Positions 49,992 to 61,712 of a DNA stretch of 64,000 nt are shown piece by piece. Every line of letters starts with the position of its first letter. Position 1 is the first letter of the stretch. The translations under genes and the position numbers were made by a program. The notes under the pieces are model-generated. The model was not told where the DNA came from. It saw only the letters and a list, made by a program, of their open reading frames with translations, and searched no databases. Source of the DNA: Mobula hypostoma (lineage: Eukaryota); contig NC_086097.1 of the NCBI RefSeq assembly GCF_963921235.1, positions 161,202,001 to 161,266,000 of the forward strand. Reading direction: 5' to 3'.

Positions 49992-50922
49992 AATCAGAAT
50001 CAGAATCAGGTTTATTATCACCGGCGTGTGACGTGAAATTTGTTAACTTAGCAGCAGCAGTTCAATGCAATACATAATCTAGCAGAGAGAGAAAAATAAT
50101 AATAATAATAAATTAAATAAAATATAATAAATAAACAAGTAAATCAATTACATTAATTGAATAGATTATTTTAAAATGTGCAAAAACAGGAATACTGTAT
50201 ATTAAAAAAGTGAGGTAGTGTCCAAAGTTTCAAAGTCCATTTAGGAATTGGATGGCAGAGGGGAGGAAGCTGTTCCTGAATCGTTGAGTGTGTGCCTTCA
50301 AGCTTCTGTATCTCCTACTTGATGGTAACAGTGAGAAAAGTGCATGCTCTGGGTGCTGGAGGTCTTTAATAAAGGATGCTGCCTTTCTGAGACACTGCTT
50401 CCTAAAGATGTCCTGGGTACCTTGTAGGCTAGTGCCCAGGATGGAGTTGACTAGATTTACAACCTTCTGCAACTTAATTTGGTCCTGTGCAGTAGCCCCT
50501 CCATACCAGACAGTGATGCAGCCTGTCAGAATGTTCTCCACGGTACAACTATAGAAGTTTTTGAGCGTAGTTGTTGACATTTCAAATCGTTTCAAACTCC
50601 TAATAAAGTATAGCTGCTGAACTGCCTTCTCTATGACTACATCAATATGTTGGGACCAGGTTAGATCCTCAGAGGTCTTGACACACAGAAACTTGAAGCT
50701 GCTCACATTTCCCACTTCTGATCCCTCTGTGAGGGTTGGCACGTGTTCCTTCGTCTTACCTTTCCTGAAGTCCACAATCAGCTCTTTTATCTTACTGACG
50801 TTGAGTGCCAGGTTGTTGCTGCAGCACCATTCCACTAGTTGGCATATCTGACTCCTGTATGCCCTCTCATCATCACCTGAGATTTTACCAACAACGGTTG
50901 TATCATCAGCAAATTTGTAGAT
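49992..50922 (-). mobile_element. Rex1/Babar 3' fragment inserted in the Gypsy integrase zinc finger
   Basis: ORF 50230..50835 (WCCSNNLALNVSKIKELIVDFRK...); (AATCAG)n tail at 49992-50009. Confidence 0.9.
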
Positions 50923-51264
50923 AAACAGTCTCGCCCAGAGCTATGTGAGGTGGTCAGGAATAGATACACAGATTGAAGACTTGACCAAAAGCTGTTTGGG
51001 ATGTCACAAAGTTCAAAATGCACTCCCACAGGCACCGTTACACCCATGGGAGCGGCCATCTTCACCATGGCAGAGTGCATATTGACTTCACTGGGCTATT
51101 CATGGACTCCATGTTTCTGATTGTTGTGGATGCTCATTCGAAGTGGCCGGAGGTTATATCGATGAAGTCAACCACATCAGAAGAGACTGCTTCTACTCTG
51201 AGGACTATCTTTTCCAGAAATGGCTTACCTGAACAAATTGTGAGTGACAATGGACAACAATACA

Positions 51265-51307
51265 CAAAGGGTCTCAGCCCAAACATTGATTATACTTTTC
51301 TCCACAG
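51265..51307 (+). mobile_element. Tiny Penelope pLTR fragment within Gypsy integrase
   Basis: AAGGGTCTCAGCCCAAACATTGATTATACTTTTCTCCACAG matches the hammerhead stem II and downstream part of the pLTR. Confidence 0.55.
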
Positions 51308-52230
51308 CCCAAGCTGGACAACTTCCTTTTTTTGTATTGGAACTCTTTTCATGTGATGACAAATCAAACACTTGCAATTCTGTTCATGAACAAGGATCTG
51401 AGATCTTGCATAGACCTCCTGAAACCAGATCTACGGAGGGAAGTGCAGAATAAACAGTTCAACCAGTTACCAAATGAAGCAACAAGGAGCTTCAAGGCTG
51501 GACAGGAAGCCCTAGTGCGTGATTACCGAGAAGACAAGTGGACACCCGGTAGAACTGGACCACTGATGTACACAGTGGATGCTGGAGATCATACATCCAG
51601 ATGTCATGTGGACCAGATAGCGGATGCTCAGCAGAAGAACACACCAGAGTCAGCTGCATCCAACAAGACAGACACATTACAGCCACTGGAATTATCTCTT
51701 AGTGATGATCATGTCACTAACAGCACTGTGACTCCTGCAATAGAGAAAGTTGTCTTTGACCAGACACCTGCCAAACCTGATGCCACTCCACAGGTCCAAA
51801 AACACCATCCTAAAAGAAACAGAGCGCCACCCAAAAGACTGAAGTATAGTGAGGTTAGTTATGAGCTGTTACTGTGAAAGCGTGTTTATTTGAATATGGG
51901 TTGTTAAAGGGAAATTGAGTGTCACCTGGGTACTATGGATCTATTTCTTTTAGTGCAATGACTCCCTTTAGCACTACTTACTGACTAATAACTTATGCAT
52001 GCACATTGATCTGTTGGTTTCCCTGCAAAGTGAATGTATACATTAACTTCACCTCCGAGTGCATGCCTTTATTTATTTGATATGTAGCTGCACAGACACA
52101 ACACTATGTGTTCATGATGCTGCTGCAGGTTATTCTTTATACCTACACATACACATATGACAAGAAATTTGACTTCGACTTTGATTAAATTGGATTATTA
52201 TATTCATAGTAAAACTATGTCTGTGATACT

Positions 52231-52378
52231 ATAAGACCATAAGACCTTAAGACATAGGAGCAGAATTAGGCCATTTGGTTGATCCTTTATCACCCTCCTG
52301 AGCCCCATTCCCTGGATTTCTCTGCATAATCTTTGATGTCATATCCAATCAAGAAGCTATCAAGCTCTGCCTTAAATA
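52231..52378 (-). mobile_element. CR1 3' end with (ATAAGACC)n tail
   Basis: ATAAGACCATAAGACCTTAAGACATAGGAGCAGAATTAGGCCAT. Confidence 0.75.
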
Positions 52379-53980
52379 CAGGTGTCCCCCACTTTTCGAA
52401 CGTTCGCTTTACGAAACCTCACTGTTACGAAAGACCTACATTAGTACCCTGTTTTTGCTTTTAGAAGGTGTTTTCACTGTTACGAAAAAAAAGCAGCGCG
52501 CGGGGAAAATCAGCGCGTGATAAAAGGCAGCGCGCGCCCCGAGCAGCCGCTCTCCCCCGGATTCAGAACTGCATTCTCGCCGGCATTGCTTAAACACGTG
52601 CCTGTGAGCAGCCGTTTGCAAGATGAGTTCTAAGTTATCGGAAAAGCCTGAAAGAGCACGTGAGGGTGTTACACTTAGCGTAAAACTATACATAATTATG
52701 CGTTTCGATCGTGGTGAACCAAGTAAGGACTAAGTGAGTTTGGATTGTGGAAGCTGATGAACATGATGTTGAAGAGGTTTTGGCATCCAATGACCAAAAT
52801 CTGATAGATGAAGAGCTGATGCAATTGAAAGAGGAAAGGATAACAATTGAAACTGAATGCAGTTGCGAACAGACCGAAAGTGAAGTCGTCCAGGAACTGA
52901 ACGTGAAGCAAATGCATGAGATTTTCGCTGCAATGATAAAGTATGACTTTAGTTTTAAAAGGGTACGTAGGTTTAGGGGATATTTGCAGAATGGTTTGAG
53001 TCCTTACATAGAAAAATGCGCGAGGCTCAGCAGTCAAGCAAGCCTTCCGCATCAGCCACAGCAGACAGCGAACCTCGACCTTCGACATCGAGGCGGGCAG
53101 TCATAGGAGAAGATGAGCTGCCTGTTCTAATGGAAACAGACAACGAGATGACACCCCAGTGTCCCACCACCCCGCGATTCGCGGAGAATGCAGTGGTAGC
53201 CGGGAGGCACACAGCACATCTTTAAGAAAAAAGCCGAAATAATCATGCTAATTAATTAGGTGCCGCCCGACACGTAATTATCGGCTCAGATCAGAGACGA
53301 CGCAATCGGAAATCGGCACTGTTCTGGGCCAACAATTACATGCCGGGTGGCACCTAATTAATTAGCAATATTTATTTTGGCTTTTTTCTTAAAGATATGC
53401 TGGATGCCTCCCGGCTACCACTATACCCCTGCATGCTTCGCGGCAATGTATCTGTTGGTGGCCTGGAGGGTGGGGGCCACTGCACCACCCAACCTGCGAT
53501 GACTCAGTCTAACACACCATCATCACTGTGCTCGGCGCTGAACCAATTCCGGTAAGTGATACTACACTGTACATACATTATTTCTACTTTACATCGGCTG
53601 CGTATTTTTACGTGTTATTTGGTATGATTTGGCAGCTTCATAGCTTAAAAGTTACTGGAGAGCGCTTGTGCCATGTTTTTGTTGACGGCGCTTGCGTGAG
53701 ATTTTCGCTACGGAGAACAGTTCAGTAATGATTGTGGAAAAGTGTTTCTACTTTATATAGGCTGTATATTTATCATAAAATTCCTGCTTTTACTATATGT
53801 TACTGTTATTTTAGGTTTTATGTGTTATTTGGCATGATTTGGTAGGTTATTTTTGGGTCTGCAAATGCTCACAGAATTTTCCCATATAAATAAATGGTAA
53901 TTGCTTCTTCATTTTACGACATTTCGGCTTACGAACCGTTTCATAGGAATGCTGTACCTTCGAATGGCGGGGGAAACCTG
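52379..53980 (+). mobile_element. Tigger/pogo internally deleted DNA transposon (second copy, opposite orientation)
   Basis: TA flanks (52377-52378 and 53981-53982); TIRs CAGGTGTCCCCC and GGGGGAAACCTG; ATG at 52623 gives MSSKLSEKPERAREGVTLSVKLYIIMRFDRGE (Tigger HTH start), followed directly by the acidic C-terminal DVEEVLASNDQNLIDEELMQL. Confidence 0.88.
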
Positions 53981-54350
53981 TACTTTGATTTATGAAGGCC
54001 AATGTGCCAAAAGCTCTTTTTACAACCCTGTCTACCTGTGATGCCACTTTCAGAAAAATTATGGACCTGTGTTCCCAGATCCCTTTGTTCTACTGAACTG
54101 CATTGTGCCCTACCATTCACTGTATAAGACCTACCCAATATTTCTTCTAATTTGTTATGACAGTGTGCACAAAAATCTTGTGCTGTGCAATTTTTTGCCC
54201 AGTGACAACAATATGTGCGCACTGAATTTTTAAGTGGTAGTAAACCTGAAACTATTCTAAAGATAATAAACTACCAAGCCCAACTTGTTGTTCGTTGTTT
54301 AAAAGAAATAAAATAATACACTTTACGCTTTACACTAATAAGCTATAAAG

Positions 54351-55497
54351 CCGGGGTCCCCAACCTTTTTTGCAGTGCGGACCGGTTTCATATTGACAAT
54401 ATTCTTGCGGTCTGCCCGACCGGGGGGTGGGGGGGGGAGAATGGTTGCCAACGGACAAGCGTACAGTAGCAGTCAAATACGTTGTGTTTACCCTGATAAG
54501 ACTACAATGACCATGAAGCCTTGCGCGAGCACCAGTGCGCATGCGTGACTTGCGTATGTGTGCACGTGCCGTCTTTTGCCACAAATCATTTTTGGCAATT
54601 CTGTTCGGGAGGGAGGCGCTGTTAATCACGACCGGAATATCGGTGATAAGTGGATAATACACTCAATTTCGTTTGTAAAAGGGTTTGTCTAACGAATTTA
54701 ATATTAAACACACAGCGCATATTTTCCTCGTATGAATATAGCGATAGGGGGGGGCTTGAAATACGTGTTGAACGAACTCTCAGTAGAAGTGGCAGAAGCA
54801 GGTTCGATATTATCATTTAAAGTTAAATTGGATAGGTATATAAACAGGAAAGGAATGGGGGGTTATGTGGTGAGTGCAGGTCTGTGGGACTTGGTGAGAG
54901 TAGCGTTCGGCACGGACTAGAAGGGCAGAGATGGCCTGTTTCCGTGCTGTAATTGTTATATGGTTATATAAGTAAGTCAATAGCATCATAACATTTTAAG
55001 TAACGTTTGGATATTAAACACACCGCATATTTTCCCCGTATGAACATATAAAATCATTGCAACGCACCAATATCGCTGAATCAGTGGGAGCCCTGGGCTT
55101 GTTTTCCTGCAACAAGACGGTCCTATCGAGGGGTGATGGGATACAGCGATACTCGAATGGGTTCCTTATGTCTAGTCTATTCCGCAATTTAGTTTTTGTT
55201 ACATTCATCGTAGAGATAAGTTGGAAATGGAAGCAACGTTTTCAGTGCTTCCGTGGCTATCTCAGGATATTCGCCCTTTGATCCGGAATGCCGGCAGAGA
55301 TGTTACGTCAAACATAATTTTCAGCCCGCCATCATTTGCAAACTTGAGGAGTTGATCTCCTTCCCGCGCTGACATGGATGACGCGCGCGTAATGACCTCG
55401 CGTGTGTTCAAGCTCAACAGTGGCCGTGACCGGGAATGAGGGAAGGTGCAGCTGATTCATTATCGCTTCCTCGCGGCCCGGTAGTTGGGGACTGCTG
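54351..55497 (-). mobile_element. hAT-Charlie-type deletion derivative nested in the hAT element
   Basis: TIRs CCGGGGTCCCCAAC and GTTGGGGACTGCTG; 8-bp TSD CTATAAAG/CTATAAAT; transposase C-terminal remnant TKTKLRNRLDI (ORF 55014..55208). Confidence 0.82.
54781..54970 (+). mobile_element. CR1 3' end inside the Charlie element
   Basis: VEVAEAGSILSFKVKLDRY... and tail GTAATTGTTATATGGTTATAT, same subfamily as 8371 and 40493. Confidence 0.85.
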
Positions 55498-56033
55498 CTA
55501 TAAATGAACTAGCAGTTCTTTTGCGTTTCATGCCCTTGGCTTCTTTGGAATTCGACATAGTGAATCAATAGTTTATTCAATAAAAACAATATAAGTAAGC
55601 CAGTTCTAAAATCTGCAGACAAATCATTGTGAAATCCATATTGTCATCACTGTCCGCATCAGAAATCAGAAAAGTAAATGTGATTGTGTATATCTGTGAA
55701 ATATGCTTAACGTGCCAACAAGGTATAGGGTGACAACCTTTGTGTGCAGTTTAAATTCCTGTGTGGGTTAGTAGCAAAAGATGTGTGTGCACACACATGC
55801 ACACACATTAGAGGAAACATTGGACCTACCCTGGTTGATCCTATTGAAGTGCAGCACCTCACACTTGTCTTCATTAAATTCCATCTGCCATTTGTCAGCC
55901 TACTTTTCCAGCTGATACAGATCCCTCTTCAAACTTTGATCTTCTTCCTCGCTGTTCACTAGACCCCAATATTAGTGTCATCTGCAAATCTGCTGATCCA
56001 GTTAACCACATTATCATCCAGATCATTGATATT

Positions 56034-57141
56034 GAACATAGAAAAGTACAGCACAGTACAGGCTCTTTGGCCAACATTGTTATGCCGACCCTCAAACTCA
56101 GCCTCTCATATAACCCCCCACCTTAAATTCCTCCATATACCTGTCTAGTAGTCTCTTAAACTTTGCTGGTGTATCTGCCTCCACCACTGACTCAGGCAGT
56201 GCATTCCACGCACCAACCACTCTCTATGTAAAAAACCTTCCTCTAATATCCCCCTGGAACTTCCCACCCCTTACCTTAAAGCCATGTCCTCTTGTATTGA
56301 GCAGTGGTGCCCTGGGGAAGAGGCGCTGGCTATCCACTCTATCTATTCCTCTTAATATCTTGTACACCTCTATCATGTCTCCTCTCATCCTCCTTCTCTC
56401 CAAAGAGTAAAGCTCTAGCTCCCTTAATCTCTGATTATAATCCATATACTCCAAACCAGGCAGCATCCTGGTAAATCTCCTCTGTACCCTTTCCAATGCT
56501 GCCACATCCTTCCTATAATGAGGTGAAAAGAACTGGACACAAGTGTGGCCTAACCAGAGTTTTATAGAGCTGCATCATTACCCCATGCCTCTTAAACTCT
56601 ATCCCTCAATTTATGAAAGCTAACACCCCATAAGCTTTCTTAACTACCCTATCCACCTGTGAGGCAACTTTCAGGGATCTGTGGATGTGTACCCCTAAGT
56701 CCCTCTGCTCCTCCACACTACCAAGAATCCTGCCATTTACTTTGTACTCTGCCTTGGAGTTTCTCCTTCCAAAGTGTACCACCTCACACTTCTCCGGGTT
56801 GAACTCCATCTGCCACTTCTCAGCCCACTTCTGCATCCTATCAATGTCTCTCTGCAATCTTCGACAATCCTCTACGCTATCTACAACACCATCAACTTTT
56901 GTGTCATCTGCAAACTTGCCAACCCACCCTTCTACCCCCACATCCAGGTCATTAATAAAAATCACGAAAAGTAGAGGCCCCAAAACCGATCCTTGTGGGA
57001 CACCACTAGTCACAACCCTCCAATCTGAATGTACTCCCTACACCACGACCCTCTGCCTTCTGCAGGCGAGTTAATTCTGAATCCACCTGGCCAAACTTCC
57101 CTGGATCCCATGCCTTCTGACTTTCTGAATAAGCCTTCTGT
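56034..57141 (-). mobile_element. 5'-truncated CR1 inserted into another CR1
   Basis: ORFs 56606..57013 (GVPQGSVLGP, FADD) and 56224..56505; own 3' end GAACATAGAAAAGTACAGCACAG. Confidence 0.88.
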
Positions 57142-57456
57142 GTTAAACATGATAACAATGGATCGAGCACCAGTCCCTGCAGCGCATCACTAGTCACAGG
57201 CCTCCTTTCAGAGAGGCTACCATCTACTACCACTCTCTAACTTCTCCCACAAAGCCAATGTCTAATCAAATTTAGTACCTCATCTTGAATGCCAAGTGAC
57301 TAAACCTTCCTGACCAACCTCCCAAGCAGGAACTTGTCAAATGCCTTGCTAAAGTCCATGCAGTCATCTACTGCCTTGCCTTCATGAACTTTCCTGGTAA
57401 CTTCCCAAAAAACTCCACAGGTTTGGTTAGGTATGACCTACCATGCACAAACTCCA

Positions 57457-58244
57457 CGGAGGGGCCGAGCTATGGCAGCACGTAACAGTTACTCCTTCAT
57501 GCTCATCTGTGGAAACAGCTTAATTTCTACCTTCAATGTATCTCTTTTTCCTTTTTAGGGTGGATAGGATTCTGTTGGAGATCCTCACCTGGGATTACAT
57601 TAAGACTTCAGTTCTTTATCATGGGGAGATCAGCTCTTGGGGAGCTCATGACTGGCCGTTTTTCAAAATCGAAAGGATGGGACCTAGAAGACAGGCATGA
57701 CTTCTGGGTTCAAAGGCTTTGCAGCCCTGTGGACGAGCTGATTCTATGGTGGTGCTGCTGACTGAAGCATCGCGGGAGAAAAAAGAACATTGGGAACTAC
57801 GAGAAAGCTGTTGGAGGCTCTGTATTTAATGAGTCTCCTCCTCTCTCTCTCTCTCTCTCTCTATCATCGCAAATCAGCCAGTTGTTTTGTCATGCCTCCC
57901 CTATGTCCTTTCACTGGGGAGAGAGAGAGCCTGTGTATGTTGAATTGTCGGATGAGTGATTAGTTTTGTTCTACTGCAGATCATGATCTTTCTTGGGGGC
58001 TTTTGCTATTGCTTGCTTGGTGGGTGGAGGGTACTGATGCTTTCTTTATTGAAGTGGGAGTGGGGGAGGGTCGTTGCTTTGCCGCTGCTTGTGCGTGGGG
58101 GGAGTAGGGAGGCTTTGGGGTTCTAACATTTTTACTATCACTCATTCTTTGGGGCACTCTTCTGTCTTCATGGATGTCATCAAAGAACAAGAATTTCAGA
58201 ATGTATATTGCATTCATTTCCCTGATATTAAATGGAACTATTGA
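57457..58244 (+). mobile_element. Non-autonomous retroelement (LINE-UTR-like) with internal (CT)n
   Basis: Flanked by ACAAACTCCA and ACAAACCTCCA duplication; (CT)11 at 57841-57862; 3' end ...GATATTAAATGGAACTATTGA. Confidence 0.6.
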
Positions 58245-58399
58245 ACAAACCTCCATGCTGACTGTCCCTAATCAGTCTCTGTCTATCCAAGTACTCATAT
58301 ATCCGGTCCTTTAGAATACCTTCTAATAACTTTCCCACTACTGATGTCAGGCTCACCAGCATATAATTTCCTGGTTTATTTTTAGAGCCTTTCTTAAAG

Positions 58400-58676
58400 A
58401 CCGAATACAAGGATGGCCTTTTAGAACAGAGATAAGGAGGAATTTCCTTAGCCAGAAGGTTATGAATCTGAAATTCATTGCCACAGATTGCTGTAAAGGT
58501 CAAGTCATTGGGTATATTTAGAGTGGAGGCTGATAGGTTCTTGATTAGGCATGGTATCAAAGGTTATGGGGAGTAGGCAAGAGAATGGGATTAAGATGGA
58601 AAATGTGGATAGCATTGTGGAGAAGACTGAATGGGCCGAATGGCCTAATTCTGCTCCTGCATCTTATGGTCTTATA
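58400..58676 (+). mobile_element. CR1 3' end in inverted orientation to the adjacent CR1
   Basis: AGGAGGAATTTCCTTAGCCAGAAGG...GGCCTAATTCTGCTCCTGCATCTTATGGTCTTAT. Confidence 0.75.
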
Positions 58677-59007
58677 ATCACTAATGTCTAAAGATGCAGT
58701 TCATCTTCTGTTTGGCACTTCCTAAGCCCACTTAAACTTTCTTGTGGTGGCTAACAGCTGAGATAGCTGTGGAACCTGTAGACAGGTACAATGTGGAATG
58801 TGTAATCAATGAATTTGGCACAACAAAGGTTAGTTTGAAATCCATTTTCAGTCTGAAATAGATCATTCTCTGGGAGAGTCACTTTCAGGATGCATTTAGC
58901 ATTGAGATCGAAATTAGTTGCTACTGTTTTATAAGGGCATACCTCATCTGGGAATAATCCTTAAAATAAACAATTGCCAGCATCCTGGTACTCCAAGAAC
59001 CCAATAT

Positions 59008-59390
59008 TATACTTTTATACTTTATACTTTATTGTCGCCAAACAATTGATACTAGAACGTACAATCATCACAGCGATATTTGATTCTGCGCTTCCCACTC
59101 CCTGGATTACAAATATTAAATATTAAAAATAGTAAAAATTAGTAAAATACTAAAAAATTAAATTATAAATCATAAATAGAAAATAGAAAAATGGAAAGTA
59201 AGGTAGTGCAAAAAAACCGAGAGGCAGGTCCAGATATTTGGAGGGTATGGCCTCGATCCGGGTCAGGATCCGTTCAGCAGTCTTATCACTGTTGGAAAGG
59301 AACTGTTCCCAAATCTGGCGTACGAGTCTTCAAGCTCCTGAGCCTTCTCCCAGAGGGAAGAGGAACGAAAAGTGTGTTGGCTGGGTGGGT
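59008..59390 (-). mobile_element. Rex1/Babar LINE 3' end (young)
   Basis: Very similar to 26685-27005; (TATACTTT)n tail. Confidence 0.8.
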
Positions 59391-59632
59391 TGTGATATAT
59401 TAAAGATAATATGTAATAAATCTCTACAGGCTAATATAGCTGATATATTTTATTTCTTTGTTTGCTATTTTAAATGTTTTGCACCTTGGCCCCAGAGGCA
59501 TGCTGTCTCGTTCAGCTATATCTATGTATGGTTTCAATGATAATTAAATTTGATTTAATTTGATTCAGGTGATTTGAATAACTTTCACCTTCTCACAATA
59601 ATGGGTAAGTGCTAACATCTCTATAGGATTAG

Positions 59633-60180
59633 CATTGGTATTGGTTTATTATCGTCACATATAGCAAGCTACATTGAAAACTTGCCTTGAATACTGTTTA
59701 TACAGGTCAAATCATATACACTGCATTGAGCTAGAATACAGTAAAACAATTACAATGCAGAATAAACTGTAAAAGCTACTGGAAAAAATACAGTGCGGGT
59801 AAATGATAAAGTGCAAGATCACAACAAGATAGATTAAGGCCAAGAGTCCATCATAAGATAGAAGTCCATTCAAGAGTCTGATTACAGAGGGATAGAAGCT
59901 GTGCTTGAACCTGGTGGCATATGCTTACAGGCTTTGGTATCTCCTGCCTCATGAGAGAAGGGCAAAGAGCAAATGTCCGGGGTGGGTGGGGTTTTTGATT
60001 ATGCTCTCTGCTTTCCTGAGGTGGCAAGACGTATAGACAGAGTCTATAGAGAGGAGGCTGGATCCTGTGATGTGCTTAGCTGTGTCCACAGTGCTCTGCA
60101 GTTTCTTGCAGTCATGTGCAGAACATCCAGATGGAATATTTTCTACGGTGCATTGATAAAAATTAGAAAGAGTCGACAGG
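59633..60180 (-). mobile_element. Decayed Rex1/L2-type LINE 3' end
   Basis: ATTGGTATTGGTTTATTATCGTCACAT tail; TTCAAGAGTCTGAT...GAAGCTGTGCTTGAACCTGGTGG. Confidence 0.6.
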
Positions 60181-60896
60181 CATCAAGAATTGGCAATCAA
60201 GTCGGAGCAAGGTTCCAACATCAGCTGATATGCGTTAATGCAAAATGCAGCAGTGAGTCAAAGGTGATGTGTTTAACTCACAATAATCAATTAGTGGAAT
60301 TAATTGTCTGGCCATGTCATGATGCAATTTGTTTAAGTGGGAATACATGGAATTTTGCAGAGTTCAATATTATAAAGGCTGGGTGGAAGTTGATCCTTGT
60401 CCATATGGCTCCTTGCCTTCGTATCTGAGTAAAGTGAAACATGTTGCACAATTTCTAGCAGTGTGGAATCTAATCCCAATCACACAAGTTTTTCTACAGA
60501 AAATACATTTTACTATTAGTGTGTGAAGGTTTCATTGTGATTGCATACATTTATAATTGAGATTAGATAGATGAGGAAATTAGGCTTGGCACTTCTAAGT
60601 GCTGGGGGAACAACCCTCTATAAGGAAGTCATTCCGTCTGTTGTTGCATTAAGGAAGTCACCAGAGAGAAGTATTGGTAGACATGAAGCAGCCTCTTTAT
60701 TTGACAAAAACAAGATACAGCAGAAATGATCTATGGAAAAAAGTATAGTCGAATCTTCCCTTCAGCGGGAGTTCGGTGAAACTCCCTCTCACTGCTCCCC
60801 AGCTGTGATCTCCAATGCTCTCCGACTATTTGACCATGCGCTTACCCAGAACTGCTACTACAGCCATGTATCCTTTCTGGGAACATGTCTTTTAAG

Positions 60897-60993
60897 AGTC
60901 CTGCTGAACAGTTTCGGCCCACAACGTTGACTGTACTTTTTTCCACAGATGCTGCCTGGCCTGCTGAGTTCCTCCAGCATTTTGTTTGTGTTA
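60897..60993 (+). mobile_element. Penelope-like pLTR with mutated hammerhead motif
   Basis: AGTC-CTGCTGA-ACAGTTTCGGCCC-ACAAC-GTT-GACT followed by GATGCTGCCTGGCCTGCTGAGTTCCTCCAGCA. Confidence 0.7.
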
Positions 60994-61712
60994 AAGCATG
61001 CATCATATTGAGACGCTTTCGGTGGAAAGGTCTGCCTGGCCCAATGCTACCCAATATTTATGTGTTAAAGATTTTTAACAATTCAAGACAATTCAAGTGA
61101 ATCCATACTACAATGCCCTCTTGAACTACACATGTAACAGTTTAAAATGTTTGGACCTTCCCATATCACACCTAAAATAAGTGTTCATTACTGTTGAATC
61201 CATGCAATGGATTTTGATTGGATTCATGCACGTTGACAATCAGTTAAGTGCCTGTTTCCGTGGTCTCTCTGGTCTGAATTTTAACTTCATTCTTCAAAGC
61301 AATATTCCAATCAGAAGGCTAGTGGCCAAAGTCAGTGAAGTTAATTGCTACATGTGCTAACCCCAAAAATTGCTCTAACAGTCCCTCCTCTTGGCATTCC
61401 TGGACAAAAATAAATTTGTACCAGGAAAGGCCAACCTAAGGTGACCTACTCAAATAGGGCAACAAAAATGCCCTGCCTTGGAATTTCCCCCTATTACGCT
61501 ATGTGCATCTACATCTACCCTATCATTCCTACTGGCTACCTACAAAATGCTGAGCAGAGAGATTGTTCTGGAAATTTGAACAAGTCTTTAGGAATGCAGT
61601 TTTGTTCATGTGCCTGTTGGCTCTTTCCCTGCTGGTCAATTGCAGCTTAACCACATTCCTTGTGTTCACCCCTTCATTCTCTGGTAGCTAAAACTCTCTC
61701 TTTCCAGGGGCA

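Larger units (their letters stand above)
44467..52103 (+). mobile_element. Full-length but decayed Ty3/Gypsy LTR retrotransposon with nested insertions
   Basis: TSD CTATG (44462-44466 and 52104-52108); 5' LTR ends ...CACAACA at 45275; PBS TGGCGATGAG at 45279; gag (45459..45848, then DALRDRLICG), protease (MELDTWSALSII), RT (YPLPRIEDMF...FSKIDLSQAY), RNase H, integrase (HEGHLG...C..C; VHIDF; IVSDNG); purine tract AAAGGGAAATTGAG; 3' LTR 51920-52103. Confidence 0.92.
54136..55822. mobile_element. Non-autonomous hAT element
   Basis: 16-bp TIRs CAATATTTCTTCTAAT and ATTAGAGGAAACATTG; perfect 8-bp TSD GACCTACC (54128-54135 and 55823-55830). Confidence 0.88.
53983..58400 (-). mobile_element. CR1 RT region interrupted by three insertions
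   Basis: Colinear CR1 RT pieces at 53983-54135, 55823-56033, about 57143-57456 and 58256-58400. Confidence 0.8.

Noticed and set aside
52231..58676. Outward-facing CR1 tails as terminal inverted repeats of a 6.4-kb element
   Set aside because: The two tails are only loosely similar and no TSD is visible; independent CR1 insertions explain them.
60642..61352. Possible solo LTR (TGTTGCA...TGCTACA) interrupted by Penelope
   Set aside because: No matching TSD found; boundaries are ambiguous.
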